A stretch of DNA of 64,000 nucleotides, taken from contig OY762209.1 of assembly GCA_963665295.1 (NCBI GenBank), positions 1,856,001 to 1,920,000 of the forward strand, written 5' to 3'. Under the pieces are notes generated by a model. The model saw only the letters and a list, made by a program, of their open reading frames with translations, was not told the origin of the DNA and ran no database searches. Both the position numbers and the translations under genes were made by a program. Of this stretch, positions 1 through 10,899 are shown piece by piece (positions within the stretch are counted from its first letter, which is position 1; every line of letters begins with the position of its first letter). The DNA comes from Syntrophorhabdaceae bacterium (GTDB taxonomy: Bacteria; Desulfobacterota; Syntrophorhabdia; Syntrophorhabdales; Syntrophorhabdaceae).

Positions 1-413
1 TGGCCTCGGCCCAAGTCACGGGGGATATCTTTCCGGCTCTTGTTGTGATATTCCACAGCGCACAAAAGCTGTTCCCTGTCCCCGGGACTGTCCGGAAAGG
101 GGAGATCTTCCCCTTCGAGCACCTTGCGCCCCTCGGCGCCGTGGTCCACCGTGTCCGCATCCCCAAAGGTGCCATGTTCTGTAAACTGGGTGAAACGACC
201 CACATCATGAACCAACCCTGTCCCCTCGGCCAGGTGTTTTTCCGACTCCGTCGCCTCCATGGATGCGGCGATGAACGCCGCGTTTTCGGCAACTCGTATG
301 CTGTGACAGCGCTTCAATTCCAGCATGGGATGGAGAACCCCGTCTCCGTTGCGAAACCGGTCGAGGTATTTTTGAAACCATGCTTCAAGGGACCTCAGTT
401 CTTCCTTAGTCAT
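1..413 (-). CDS. HD-domain phosphohydrolase, runs off the window edge
   Basis: Manual translation from ATG at 413: MTKEELRSLEAWF...KRCHSIRVAE...GLVHDVGRFTQF...VDHGAEG...VEYHNK. Contains the H...HD...H...H motifs. Not in the ORF track because it is truncated. Confidence 0.8.
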   Translation of the reverse strand, partial: MTKEELRSLEAWFQKYLDRFRNGDGVLHPMLELKRCHSIRVAENAAFIAASMEATESEKHLAEGTGLVHDVGRFTQFTEHGTFGDADTVDHGAEGRKVLEGEDLPFPDSPGDREQLLCAVEYHNKSRKDIPRDLGRG

Positions 414-653
414 TTCGACATAGATTATACAACGGGCCGGAGCCAAAATCCATCGGCCCCCGCCCTTTAAACGCAGTTCTTCAAAGACACAGGATGCGCC
501 CCCGTGCGCCCACCCTCCGTCCCAACGCCGGGCTCGGAAAGTTTTTCTTGAAATTTCCCGTGACGTGGATCACAATAGATTTCAGATGAGATACGATACG
601 ATGACTTGAGTGACGGGTCGAAGATCGATATTCCACGCCCCTTTGAGGTTCCC

Positions 654-2186
654 ATGAAAAGAGCCGGAAAGAAAGAAACCCTCTCCATATCCCACCGGCG
701 TCCTGACCGGCTTCCCCTTCCGGAGTCTCCGATTATCTACGAGATGAATACCTGGGTTTGGCTCCATGAACTAAGCGAAAAATACCATACCTCAATCACC
801 CTCATGACCGTCCCCGCCGAGGAGTGGGATGCTATCGGAGCCCTGGGCGTTGACGCGGTGTGGCTCATGGGTGTCTGGGAGCGCAGCCCTGCGGGGATTG
901 ACATAGCCAATAACAACGAAGGCCTTCTCGCGGAGTTCCGGATGGTATTGCCGGATTACCGGCCGGGAGACAATGTCGGCTCGCCTTATTGTGTTCGCCG
1001 GTACGTAGTCGAGGGGAGACTGGGCGGCCGGGAAGGACTCGCGAAGGCCAGGCAGGAACTCGCCGGGCGCGGCATGGGGATTATCCTTGATTTTGTTCCC
1101 AACCATGTTGCCCCGGACCATCCCTGGGTTACGGACCATCCCGGATACTTTATCCGGGGGGACACGGAGGACCTTGACAGGGACCGGGCGTCATTCCTTC
1201 GGATCGAAGGGAAAGTCTTTGCCTGCGGGAAGGACCCCTATTTCGAGGCATGGCCGGACGTGCTCCAGCTCAACGGCTTTCACCCGAAGCTCCGTGATGC
1301 GGTAAAAGAAACCTTGCGGGACATTGCGGACCAGTGTGACGGCGTGCGCTGTGACATGGCCATGCTGCTCATGAATGACGTTTTTGAACGGACCTGGGGC
1401 GCGAAGGCGGGGGCCCGGCCGGAGATTGATTACTGGTCTGAGATAATCCCGGCCGTGAAGAGGGAGGACCCCGATTTCACGTTTATTGCAGAGGCCTATT
1501 GGGATCTGGAGTGGGATTTGCAGCAGCAGGGATTTGACTATTGTTACGACAAGCGGCTCTATGACCGCCTCGGACATGAAGACGCCGAGAGCGCCCGGCT
1601 TCACCTCCTGGCTGATCCGGTCTACCAGAAGAAACTGGTCCGCTTCATCGAGAATCACGACGAGCCTCGCGCCGCTGCTATTTTCACCATGGAAAGAGAG
1701 CGGGCGTACGCAGTTGTAATAGCGACCCTGCCCGGGGCAAAGCTGTTTCATGAGGGACAGTTTCAGGGAAGGAAGGTGAGGCTCCCTGTGTTTCTGGGCC
1801 GTCGGCCCGTGGAAAAGCCCGACCCGGACCTTGAGGCGTTCTATGGGAGCATGTTGAAGGCAATCCATGTACCCGCTCTCCGTGCGGGAGAGTGGCGCCT
1901 CTGTGAACGGGGCGGCTGGCCCGATAACCGGAGCTATCTGAACCTGGTGGCGTGGTGCCGGGAAAAAGACGGAGAGCGATTTCTCGTGGTGGTCAACCTC
2001 TCGGACCGGAGGTCTCAGGCCCATATCCGTCTGCCCTGGGATGATCTGACCGGCGCCTTCTGGCGGCTGACGGATGCTCTTAACCAGGCGGTCTTTGATC
2101 GGGACGGCGGGGAGATGGGCGCTTGGGGACTGTTCGTCGATCTGCCTGGTTGGGGATACCACTTCTTTCACCTTGAACGGGCCTGA
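654..2186 (+). CDS. GH13 alpha-amylase family glycosidase
   Basis: GH13 regions DFVPNH, DGVRCDMAM, FIAEAY, FIENHDE. GAGG RBS before ATG 654 (ORF track starts at TTG 606). Confidence 0.9.
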   Translation: MKRAGKKETLSISHRRPDRLPLPESPIIYEMNTWVWLHELSEKYHTSITLMTVPAEEWDAIGALGVDAVWLMGVWERSPAGIDIANNNEGLLAEFRMVLPDYRPGDNVGSPYCVRRYVVEGRLGGREGLAKARQELAGRGMGIILDFVPNHVAPDHPWVTDHPGYFIRGDTEDLDRDRASFLRIEGKVFACGKDPYFEAWPDVLQLNGFHPKLRDAVKETLRDIADQCDGVRCDMAMLLMNDVFERTWGAKAGARPEIDYWSEIIPAVKREDPDFTFIAEAYWDLEWDLQQQGFDYCYDKRLYDRLGHEDAESARLHLLADPVYQKKLVRFIENHDEPRAAAIFTMERERAYAVVIATLPGAKLFHEGQFQGRKVRLPVFLGRRPVEKPDPDLEAFYGSMLKAIHVPALRAGEWRLCERGGWPDNRSYLNLVAWCREKDGERFLVVVNLSDRRSQAHIRLPWDDLTGAFWRLTDALNQAVFDRDGGEMGAWGLFVDLPGWGYHFFHLERA

Positions 2187-2296
2187 AGGGTTTTCAGGTT
2201 CGGGGACTTTTGCAGCAAAATACGCCGGGGCACGGACCGCCTGACCGGGGGCGGCTACACAGGTTCTACAGAAAGACCGGTTTTGGAGGTGGTGCA

Positions 2297-5044
2297 ATGA
2301 CTGGGGGCAAGCCGGAAGAATTTGTGGTGACCGCGGAACACACAAGGCTTGAAGAGGCTCGGGAGCAAAAGGCCCTATGGAAGAAGTGGGGGCCCTATCT
2401 CAGCGAACGGCAATGGGGGACCGTAAGAGAAGATTGCAGCGATGCCGGCGATGCATGGGACTCCTTCACCCATGATCAGGCCCGTTCCCGCGCATACCGG
2501 TGGGGAGAAGACGGACTGGGGGGAATCTGCGACAACCGGCAAACCCTTTGTTTTGCCCTGGCGCTCTGGAACGGGAAGGATCCCATCCTCAAGGAGCGGT
2601 TGTTCGGCCTTACGAACAGGGAAGGCAACCACGGCGAGGATGTCAAGGAATACTACTTTTATCTCGACAGCACCCCCACGCACTCATATATGAAATTCCT
2701 CTACAAGTACCCCCAGGAAGCGTACCCTTACTCGGACCTCGTGGAGACCAACCGCAGGCGCTCCCGGTCGGAGATGGAGTACGAGCTTATCGACACGGGG
2801 GTCTTCCGGGAAGACCGTTATTTCGATGTTTTTGTGGAATATGCCAAGGCCGCGCCGGAAGATGTGCTGATCAGGATCACCATCTGTAATCGGGGACCGG
2901 ATGCAGCTCCCCTCCATGTGCTGCCCACCATCTGGTTCCGTAACACCTGGTCATGGCCCGGCGGCGGTTCAAAACCCCTTCTCAGATCCATGGAAGGTGC
3001 GGAACACGGGGTGATTCTTGCCCATCACGGGGATCCCGCCTTTCAGGAATCGGCCCGGGACCATTTTCTCCGGTGCAGCGGAAGACCTGCGCTTCTTTTT
3101 ACGGAAAATGAGACGAACAACAGGCGCATCTTTGATATCCCCAACGCCGGGCCCTACGTGAAAGACGGCATAAACAATTATCTGGTCCACGGAGACCCGG
3201 AGGCAGTGAATCCCGAACAGCAGGGGACCAAGGCGTCCGCGCACTACCACGTGAAGATCGACGCCGGAGATTCCGCGGTCATCAAATTGAGGCTTTCCGC
3301 CGCATCAACAGAGATCGAAGGCGACGCCTTCGGGGATGCCTTTGATGAGACTTTTTCCGTCAGGCTTCGTGAGGCCGATGATTTCTATCAATCCGTGATC
3401 CCCCCTGCGGCGAGTGACGATGCGGCCCATGTCATGCGCCAGGCCCTGGCCGGCATGATGTGGAGCAAGCAGTATTATTTCTTTGACGTCAACCTCTGGC
3501 TCAAGGAACACAATGCCCACCCCTTGCAAGGCCATAGCCGGCACTTCCGGAACAAAGGGTGGTTCCACATGCTTAACGACCACGTTATCTCCATGCCCGA
3601 CAAGTGGGAGTATCCCTGGTATGCCGCCTGGGACCTTGCGTTCCATTCCGTCGCCCTTGCGCTGGTGGACACGGATTTTGCCAAGGACCAGCTTGCCCTC
3701 ATGCTTCGCCTGGGCTATCTGCATCCCAGTGGTCAGATTCCTGCCTATGAGTGGAACTTCAGCGACGTGAACCCGCCGGTCCATGCGTGGGCCACACTCT
3801 TTTTTTACCGGACCGAGCAAGCCCTGCACGGGAAGGGCGACCTTGACTTCCTCAAGCGCTCCTTCGCAAAACTCATGCTGAATTTCACCTGGTGGGTCAA
3901 CCGCAAAGACCGGTTCGGCAGGAATGTCTTCGAAGGCGGCTTTCTCGGACTCGATAATATCGGCGTTTTTGACAGGAGCGCGCCTCTTCCCGGCGGGGGT
4001 TATCTGGAGCAGGCCGACGGTACGGCATGGATGGCCCTTTTTTGCCAGAACATGATCGAACTGAGCATTGAATTGGCCATCCACGATCCTGCCTACGAAG
4101 ACCTCCTCTACAAGTTCCTCGAACATTTCCTTTGGATCGCTTCGGGGATGAACCGCTCGGGTGACGACAGCATGTGGGATGAGGAGGACGGTTTCTATTA
4201 TGACCTGCTCAGGTTGCCCAACGGAAGCGCCGAGCGGCTCAAGGTGCGATCCATGGTAGGGCTCCTCCCGCTTTGCGCCACAACGATCATCGAAGAGAAC
4301 GACAGAGACCGGATGCCCCACGTGACCCATGCCCTCACTGAACACCTGAAACGCATGCCGGAACTCCTCCGCACCATGCATCCCACCGGTCCGGGTCACA
4401 GGGGCGTTGCGGAGCGGGGCATCCTCGCCCTCGTAAACAAGGAAAGGCTGCGAAGGATCCTCACCCGGATGCTCGACGAGGCGGAATTCCTGAGCCCTTA
4501 CGGCATCCGGTCCCTCTCGCGCTACCATCTGGAGCACCCCTTTGTCACCCACATACACGGCGAGGAATACCGGGTTCAATACGTTCCCGCCGAGTCGGAC
4601 AGCGACCTGTTCGGCGGAAACTCCAACTGGCGGGGTCCCATCTGGATGCCCCTTAACAACCTCATCATCCGGGCGCTCCTTCAGTACTATCGTTACTATG
4701 GCGACAGCTTCAAGATTGAATGCCCCACAGGGTCCGGCGTGCTGATGAACCTTTTTGAAGTGAGTAAGGACATCGCGGAGCGTTTAACCCGCTTGTTCCT
4801 CCGTGACGGGAACGGCAGACGTCCTGTCTACGGCGGAACGGAGAAATTCCAGACCGACCCGCATTGGCGGGACAACATCCTTTTCTACGAATACTTCCAT
4901 GGGGACAATGGCGCCGGGCTGGGAGCGAGCCACCAGACCGGCTGGACAGGTATAGTGGCGAAGCTGATCCAGCTTTACGGCTATGTCGATTCCCGGAGCA
5001 TGCTCGATGCGGATAGCGCCAAGGTGTTCGTGAAGCGGCCATGA
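2297..5044 (+). CDS. GH63/MGH1-like glucosidase
   Basis: WGPYLSERQWGTVRE, SMPDKWEYPWYAAWD, GGFLGLDNIG, GASHQTGWT motifs. GGAGG RBS before ATG 2297. Confidence 0.9.
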   Translation: MTGGKPEEFVVTAEHTRLEEAREQKALWKKWGPYLSERQWGTVREDCSDAGDAWDSFTHDQARSRAYRWGEDGLGGICDNRQTLCFALALWNGKDPILKERLFGLTNREGNHGEDVKEYYFYLDSTPTHSYMKFLYKYPQEAYPYSDLVETNRRRSRSEMEYELIDTGVFREDRYFDVFVEYAKAAPEDVLIRITICNRGPDAAPLHVLPTIWFRNTWSWPGGGSKPLLRSMEGAEHGVILAHHGDPAFQESARDHFLRCSGRPALLFTENETNNRRIFDIPNAGPYVKDGINNYLVHGDPEAVNPEQQGTKASAHYHVKIDAGDSAVIKLRLSAASTEIEGDAFGDAFDETFSVRLREADDFYQSVIPPAASDDAAHVMRQALAGMMWSKQYYFFDVNLWLKEHNAHPLQGHSRHFRNKGWFHMLNDHVISMPDKWEYPWYAAWDLAFHSVALALVDTDFAKDQLALMLRLGYLHPSGQIPAYEWNFSDVNPPVHAWATLFFYRTEQALHGKGDLDFLKRSFAKLMLNFTWWVNRKDRFGRNVFEGGFLGLDNIGVFDRSAPLPGGGYLEQADGTAWMALFCQNMIELSIELAIHDPAYEDLLYKFLEHFLWIASGMNRSGDDSMWDEEDGFYYDLLRLPNGSAERLKVRSMVGLLPLCATTIIEENDRDRMPHVTHALTEHLKRMPELLRTMHPTGPGHRGVAERGILALVNKERLRRILTRMLDEAEFLSPYGIRSLSRYHLEHPFVTHIHGEEYRVQYVPAESDSDLFGGNSNWRGPIWMPLNNLIIRALLQYYRYYGDSFKIECPTGSGVLMNLFEVSKDIAERLTRLFLRDGNGRRPVYGGTEKFQTDPHWRDNILFYEYFHGDNGAGLGASHQTGWTGIVAKLIQLYGYVDSRSMLDADSAKVFVKRP

Positions 5045-5096
5045 GGGTCAAGGCAGATCATACGACGACAATGCTCCTTGCGGGAAGACGAGGTAG

Positions 5097-6464
5097 ATGA
5101 GGAAGGAGGGAATGGTGACAAGAATCTTTACTCTTGTGATGGTATGTGTGTCGGTAGCCGTTTTTACAGGTTATGGGGCCCTTGACAGTTGTCTTGCGGG
5201 GGGCAACGAGAGGTCTGCGAACCAAGAAAAGACGGAGCAGGGCAACGTACAGAAGAAGACCTTCGATGCCCACGAACCCCACGTCCGGTATCACTTCAAA
5301 GATTCGGATATGGACTTCACCTTTGGTTCATTGATCCTCGGCGCCGTGATCAATCAGGGCGCCGAAATAGGCGAGGCATTCCATACCGCCGCCAATATCA
5401 AGGATGGTGATGCGGACAGTTGGCAGGAGGAATGGATCAGGACGGCCCGCCGTGCCGAGGCCAGAGGCAGGAAATCGCTGGACCGGGGTCACAAGGTGAG
5501 CGCCCGTGACCAACTGTTGCGGGCATCCTACTATTACCGGGCAGGGCTCATATCCATGATGCCCCGGGACGCCCGCTTCAAGGAAACCGCAATAAAGAGC
5601 CGTAGTTGCTTCACGCAAGCCGGGAAACTGTTTGATCCGCCCATAGAGTATTTCGAGATAGCCTTTGAAGGCACGGTGCTGCCGGGGTACTTCCGTAAGG
5701 CTTTTGCGGACGCAACCCCACGCAAGACCTTGATCATGATCGGGGGAGGAGAGACCTTTGCCGAAGACCTCTTCTTCTACATAGGGCCACAGGCCTTTGA
5801 CCGGGGTTACAACTTCGTCGCCGTGGATCTGCCGGGCCAGGGCGTGTTGCCTTTGGAGGGGAAGACCTTCCGTCCCGCCATGAACATTCCCATAAAGGCA
5901 GTGACGGACTTCGTCTTGAGCCGGCGCGATGTTGACCCTCAAAAGCTGGCAGCGTACGGAATGAGCGGCGGCGGGGGATTTGTGCCCCAGGCGGCAATGC
6001 ATGACCCACGCATCAGGGCAATCGCCATGAACAGCTGCGTTTTGGACGGCCGACCTCTCTTTGCAACAATGCCCATGTTCAATGCCACGAAAGAGGAGAT
6101 CGACTCCTGGTCCGCCTTTCACCGTAACATCGTACAACTCGTTGCCTGGCGCTGGGGCGTGAGAGCGGACAACCTCCACGGCATGATCGCGGCCAACGAG
6201 GGCTTTACCTTCGATCCGGCGAAGGTTTCCGTTCCTGCCATGATCATAGTCGGCGCAGGAGAGTACCAGAGCAAGGAGATCAAGAGGCAACAACAGGAGT
6301 GTATGGAAAAACTGTCGAACCCGGGGAAGAGACTGGTGGTCACCCCGGCGGCCGAGGGGGCCTCCAACCACTGTGTCATGGAGAACCGCAGTCTTATGAG
6401 CCAGGAGCTGTTCGACTGGCTGGATGAGACTTTTGAAGAGGCGGGAACCAAAGGGCCCAGGTGA
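5097..6464 (+). CDS. Secreted alpha/beta hydrolase (FrsA / dihydroxypseudooxynicotine hydrolase-like)
   Basis: N-terminal signal-like segment, DLPGQG, nucleophile elbow GMSGGG, C-terminal GASNHC His. Confidence 0.8.
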   Translation: MRKEGMVTRIFTLVMVCVSVAVFTGYGALDSCLAGGNERSANQEKTEQGNVQKKTFDAHEPHVRYHFKDSDMDFTFGSLILGAVINQGAEIGEAFHTAANIKDGDADSWQEEWIRTARRAEARGRKSLDRGHKVSARDQLLRASYYYRAGLISMMPRDARFKETAIKSRSCFTQAGKLFDPPIEYFEIAFEGTVLPGYFRKAFADATPRKTLIMIGGGETFAEDLFFYIGPQAFDRGYNFVAVDLPGQGVLPLEGKTFRPAMNIPIKAVTDFVLSRRDVDPQKLAAYGMSGGGGFVPQAAMHDPRIRAIAMNSCVLDGRPLFATMPMFNATKEEIDSWSAFHRNIVQLVAWRWGVRADNLHGMIAANEGFTFDPAKVSVPAMIIVGAGEYQSKEIKRQQQECMEKLSNPGKRLVVTPAAEGASNHCVMENRSLMSQELFDWLDETFEEAGTKGPR

Positions 6465-6774
6465 GACGATAAAGGCTTCGCCCGTTCATGAAAGCAAGCA
6501 ACGAAATAGCCTGTCCCGTACCTCACATAAAGAACACGGACTCCCCTGCCAAGTCCGTGGTAACTTCCGCCGGTCTATGGGGCGGGCAGGGCGCCATCCA
6601 CGGAAGGTAAGAACAGTATAGTGGTCACCATCAGGAAGGTCAAGGCGAACCGACCGGATGGGTCGGTGGGGACGTTAATTCTTTCAATTCATTCGGCCGG
6701 GTCCTCCTGGGACATGTTTGGAGCACCCAAAAGTCCGGAAGGCCGACACGTTCGGAAATACGGATTTCGGGGGC

Positions 6775-6945
6775 AGATCCCGGATAAGGTGTTACGCCGT
6801 ATCCCTGTCATTTTTCTGACTTCCCTTGCCGAATCTGCCGATGAGGTCCACGGTCCCGGCATGGGGCATGGGAGCCGTGGATTACCATCAATAAAGGCTT
6901 CACCGCGATATTCAGAATCAGGGTCTGCATCCATTTGGACCCAAA
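6775..6945 (+). pseudogene. Response-regulator receiver-domain remnant
   Basis: RRIPVIFLTSLAESADEVHG, then in other frames GAVDY and RIRVCIHL. This matches the receiver C-terminal half (IPVIFLT...DE..G...GAVDY...RV..HL), with frameshifts. Confidence 0.5.
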
Positions 6946-7141
6946 AAGGCATCCGGGATACTATTCGGCGCCGTGAACCCCACCAGGATTTTCGGCATCA
7001 TCCTTGCATCATTTACTGACCATTCCCTCGCTCTGCGGTAACATGGAAGAAACGCATCCCGGCCGTCGTTCTCCGAACTCACGCAGGGGCGACCCATTTG
7101 TATGGATATGGCACGACCAACTAATCCATCACGGAGGTATT

Positions 7142-9622
7142 ATGATTAAGCGAGCGTATGCAGCAGCAGCCACCATGTTCCTCATCCTCATCTTGTGCAC
7201 GTTTCTCTTTGTGCCTCAGTCCAACGCCGACACCTGCGTGTCGGGGCAGCGCACCTTCAACTTTATCAATAACTGTGGCTTCACCGTATGGGTGGGCGGT
7301 CACTCGATCCTGGACCCGACCCCGGTCCCGAGCTGGAACTGGAGGGTGAACTCGGGGACCACCCAGACCATGTGCATACCCGAGGCGGCATGGAACAGCG
7401 GCAGGTTCTGGGCCCGGACGGGCTGCGCCTTTGACAGTTCCAGCGTCCACTATCCAACTTGCACGACCAGCGCCGACTGCTCGCCCTATCAGGGGGTAAA
7501 CCCCGTCTGCTATCAGGGGGTCTGCGTGAAGCAGGGATGCCAGTTTAACACCGACTGTATCCCCTTTATCGGCGATAACAGCGCCCAGTGCACGAACGGC
7601 TACTGTCTCCTCCCGAGCGCCTGCGACCTTGGCGACTGCAACGGCCTGCTCAACTGTCAGTCCGGGGGGAGCACGCCCTCTACCCTGAACGAGTTTCAGC
7701 CCGGCGTTGCGGGAACGTCCGTGGACAACTACGACCTGAGCACCGTGGACGGGCCGGGCATCCCCCTGGAGATCGCCGTCATACCGAACACTACTCCTGC
7801 TCCGTGCAATAATCTCGGATGTGTCCAGGCCGGACCGAACTGCCCTGCCCCGTGTGTATGGGACGCCAATTCCAAGTGTCCTCCCGAGCTCCAGATACTT
7901 TCGAACTCCGTCGTGGTAGGATGTCTTGCCCCTCAGGATTATTGCAGCCGCAATCCGAACTGCAAAAGCGGCGGCGACCCGACGTGTACCGCGAATTCGG
8001 ATTGCTGCAGCGGGAGTTGCGTATCGGGGACCTGCGCCGTGGGCAGCTCCATAGACTGTAACAAGGCCCACAGCATGGGCGTGATCTCCTGCTCCCAGAA
8101 TTCGGATTGCCCCGTCTTAGGGGCGAATCTCTGCGGCGATTACCCCAATTATACCTGTCCCACCGGCACCACCTGTCAGATCATCAACACCGAAGCGCTC
8201 TGCGTGATGAACTGCAACCCTCAGACCAACACGTGCCAGGCCCTTCCCTGTACGACGAACGCCGACTGCGCGCCGAGCACGGCCACATGCAACGGAATAA
8301 CCAAGCAGTGCTCGGACGGGAGCGGTCCGTGCGACCCCACCCGGGGGAACTACGACTGCCTTGGCCCCCTCGGGGCGCTCTACGGGCAGCCTCAGGCGTG
8401 CGACCTTACCCCCAACTCGCCCACCATCAATACATGCCAGCCGAGTTCCTGGAGCCTCTATGCGTGTAACGGCATAAACCATACGTCCTGCAAGGGGACG
8501 GGGTCCTACGGAACCAGCGCGACGTGGTGCTGCGGCTGCTCTTCCTGGCAACAGGCGGACGGCGAGTGCCAGGCGGTGAACCCCACATGGGCGGCCGTGG
8601 CCGAGCCCTTTGCCGCGCTCTTCCACAACTCGTGCCCCACCGCGTACAGCTTCCCCTATGACGACAAAGTCCTGCTGACCTGCCTCGGCGATGCGGGGGG
8701 AGCCTTCGGCTACGATGTCACGTTCTGCCCCACCGCGGCACCCTCAACGTACAAATTGACGGTCACCCCCACAGGCACGGGCACGGGCACGGTGACGAGC
8801 TCGCCCTCAGGCATAAATTGCGGCTCCACCTGCTCCGCCTCGTTCACGGCAGGGGCCACCGTCACGCTCACCGCAGTTGCGAACAAGGGATACGCCTTCG
8901 ATAGCTGGTCGGGTTGCACATCCACCTCGGGCGCGACCTGCACGGTGGTCATAAACAGCGCCACAACCGTGGCGGCCGCCTTCAACAAGCCGCCATCCAT
9001 CTCGGTAAACGCCAAGAGCGTCAACCTGGGCAACGTGAAGAAGGGCGTCACCTCCGCCACCAAGACAGTGATCATAAAGAATACCGGGGTCGGCCAGCTC
9101 TGGGTGACCTCCACGACCATCACGGGATCCACGGAGTTCATTGCTTCGAACAACTGCACCTCCGGCATGGATAAGAACGAGACCTGCCAGGTCACGGTGA
9201 GCATCCTCGCCTCATCATACGGCAAGAGAACGGGAACCCTTCAGATCGCCTCCAACGATCCTGTGCACCCCACCGTTTCTGTGAGCCTCACGGCCACCGC
9301 CGTTGCGCCCAAGATGTCCGTGTCGCCCACCAGCATTAACTTCGGCACGGTCACTACAGACGACACGTCAACGAAGCCCATCAAGATCAAGAACACGGGA
9401 TTGTCCGCCCTCACCGTGGGGCCCGTATCGACACCCGCCGACGCGTCCTTCACCGTGGACGCGAGCGGCTGCACGAGCGGAAGCATTGCCCAGAACGCCA
9501 CGTGCACCATAAACGTGACCTTTGACCCCGCCACGGCAGGAACGAAATCGAGCAGTTTCACCATCGGCTCGAATGCCTCGGCTACCCCGACGACAGTGAA
9601 GCTTTCGGGTAAAAAGAAGTAG
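7142..9622 (+). CDS. Secreted thaumatin-like protein with Cys-rich inserts, a divergent InlB B-repeat and two choice-of-anchor D/ASH-type Ig domains
   Basis: Thaumatin signatures NNCGFTVW, GRFWARTGC, TLNEF, NYDLSTVDG, CPTAYSFPYDD, YDVTFCP. Also GTVTSSPSGINCG, and IKNTG...I.SN Ig repeats. GGAGG RBS. Confidence 0.85.
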   Translation: MIKRAYAAAATMFLILILCTFLFVPQSNADTCVSGQRTFNFINNCGFTVWVGGHSILDPTPVPSWNWRVNSGTTQTMCIPEAAWNSGRFWARTGCAFDSSSVHYPTCTTSADCSPYQGVNPVCYQGVCVKQGCQFNTDCIPFIGDNSAQCTNGYCLLPSACDLGDCNGLLNCQSGGSTPSTLNEFQPGVAGTSVDNYDLSTVDGPGIPLEIAVIPNTTPAPCNNLGCVQAGPNCPAPCVWDANSKCPPELQILSNSVVVGCLAPQDYCSRNPNCKSGGDPTCTANSDCCSGSCVSGTCAVGSSIDCNKAHSMGVISCSQNSDCPVLGANLCGDYPNYTCPTGTTCQIINTEALCVMNCNPQTNTCQALPCTTNADCAPSTATCNGITKQCSDGSGPCDPTRGNYDCLGPLGALYGQPQACDLTPNSPTINTCQPSSWSLYACNGINHTSCKGTGSYGTSATWCCGCSSWQQADGECQAVNPTWAAVAEPFAALFHNSCPTAYSFPYDDKVLLTCLGDAGGAFGYDVTFCPTAAPSTYKLTVTPTGTGTGTVTSSPSGINCGSTCSASFTAGATVTLTAVANKGYAFDSWSGCTSTSGATCTVVINSATTVAAAFNKPPSISVNAKSVNLGNVKKGVTSATKTVIIKNTGVGQLWVTSTTITGSTEFIASNNCTSGMDKNETCQVTVSILASSYGKRTGTLQIASNDPVHPTVSVSLTATAVAPKMSVSPTSINFGTVTTDDTSTKPIKIKNTGLSALTVGPVSTPADASFTVDASGCTSGSIAQNATCTINVTFDPATAGTKSSSFTIGSNASATPTTVKLSGKKK

Positions 9623-9650
9623 TAGGACTAACTTATTCCAAGACCTTTCG

Positions 9651-9689
9651 CGGCGCCGGAGAGAGGGGCATTCCCCGCCTCCGGCGCCG
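9651..9689 (+). terminator. GC-rich stem-loop after the thaumatin gene
   Basis: CGGCGCCGGAG...CTCCGGCGCCG inverted repeat. No clear U-tract. Confidence 0.45.
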
Positions 9690-9963
9690 TCGATCTGTCC
9701 CCTGAACGGCCATTCGGCCGTGACATTCTTCTCACGAAAAACGCCCTTCTTCAGTGTCCTTTGCCGGTCCCCTTGCGAGGCGCCTTCCTCTCCTCCACGT
9801 CCGTGATCCGCTTAATTCCGCAATTACAGGATTGGGGAAATAAAGGAAGATAAGGAAAATAATGGGGGTAGGTTATGCATAGAGAGTCCGCCGTTACGAC
9901 AGACGCAGACATTTAGGTTCTAAAGCAAACATCACTCACCCCACCAGGGGACAACCAGGCTAT

Positions 9964-10899
9964 TTATTCGGGAAAGATAAAGTCAGAAGCTACTTTCCTA
10001 GCCTCAAACCTCGTCCCATTATCCATATTTTCATAAGCGAACAGCTTTTCAGTAAGGGTGATAAGCTTGTATGCATCTCTATTTGAAGGGTCTGACGGGT
10101 CTGCAACCGTTGTCTTGTCACCCTCGAGACCGGTCTTATAAATCTGGAAAAAGACGTCCCCCGAAACGCCCCATTCTCCGGATTCTGTCCTGTCCATTTT
10201 CTTCCCTGCCGGATCTATCGTTCTGAACCGAACCGTGTAGGAGCCATCATTCCTGTTATCTGCGATCCACATGTACGTTCCGCCTTCTTTAGTACTCGTA
10301 CTGCCGAACCACCTTCCGACAACGAGGCCCCATTTTGCCTCCCTTGTAGCAGGGACCTTTGCCGCATCCTTGCCCTGAGTCATCTTTGAGACCGGCTTCT
10401 TCTTCTCCATTTCCGTCTTAACTTCCTCGGTCATCTCCTTACAAAGGACCTTAATCTTTTCCTGTAGTTCCGGCAGACGTTTCTGCAATGTAGCCATGGC
10501 CAAACGCATGGCTACAGGCATCTTTTCGGTAACAGATCGGCCGACTGGACTCTTATAGAACACAAGCATCCCCTTCAACTCTTCTTCGCTAAATGAATGG
10601 ACATAGATGTTGATAATATCATCCTTTGAATTTTCCCACCCCACGCTTTGTTCCATGATATTCAATAATTTTTCTTGGTATTTATCCAAAATCGGTTTCA
10701 TGTCTTCCGGAACGCCGGCCTCAGACAATTGCCGTGCCATCATTGACCGCATTTCATCAAGAGCCTGCTTCATCGCTTGGTCAACCTTTGTCGTATAGAA
10801 CAAATATTCAACAAGCTCTCTTTGCGAGGCTTCGTCTGCGTATACGACAGGGCTTACGGCGCAAAGAGCAATTGCGATTAACAGCACCAGAGTCTTCAT
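9964..10899 (-). CDS. Exported DUF2059-domain protein with an additional C-terminal beta-rich domain
   Basis: Signal peptide. Y.HSFSEEELKGMLVFYKSPVG..V..KMP is DUF2059-like. C-terminal LVVGRWFG...ESGEWGV domain. Confidence 0.75.
   Translation of the reverse strand: MKTLVLLIAIALCAVSPVVYADEASQRELVEYLFYTTKVDQAMKQALDEMRSMMARQLSEAGVPEDMKPILDKYQEKLLNIMEQSVGWENSKDDIINIYVHSFSEEELKGMLVFYKSPVGRSVTEKMPVAMRLAMATLQKRLPELQEKIKVLCKEMTEEVKTEMEKKKPVSKMTQGKDAAKVPATREAKWGLVVGRWFGSTSTKEGGTYMWIADNRNDGSYTVRFRTIDPAGKKMDRTESGEWGVSGDVFFQIYKTGLEGDKTTVADPSDPSNRDAYKLITLTEKLFAYENMDNGTRFEARKVASDFIFPE

Noticed and set aside
45..470. 141 aa plus-strand ORF
   Set aside because: Antisense to a clear HD-domain gene on the minus strand.
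9872..9930. Additional bipartite-site copy (minus strand CTCTCTATGCATAAC) after the DUF2059 gene
   Set aside because: The tail matches but the head is too degenerate to count without a profile search.
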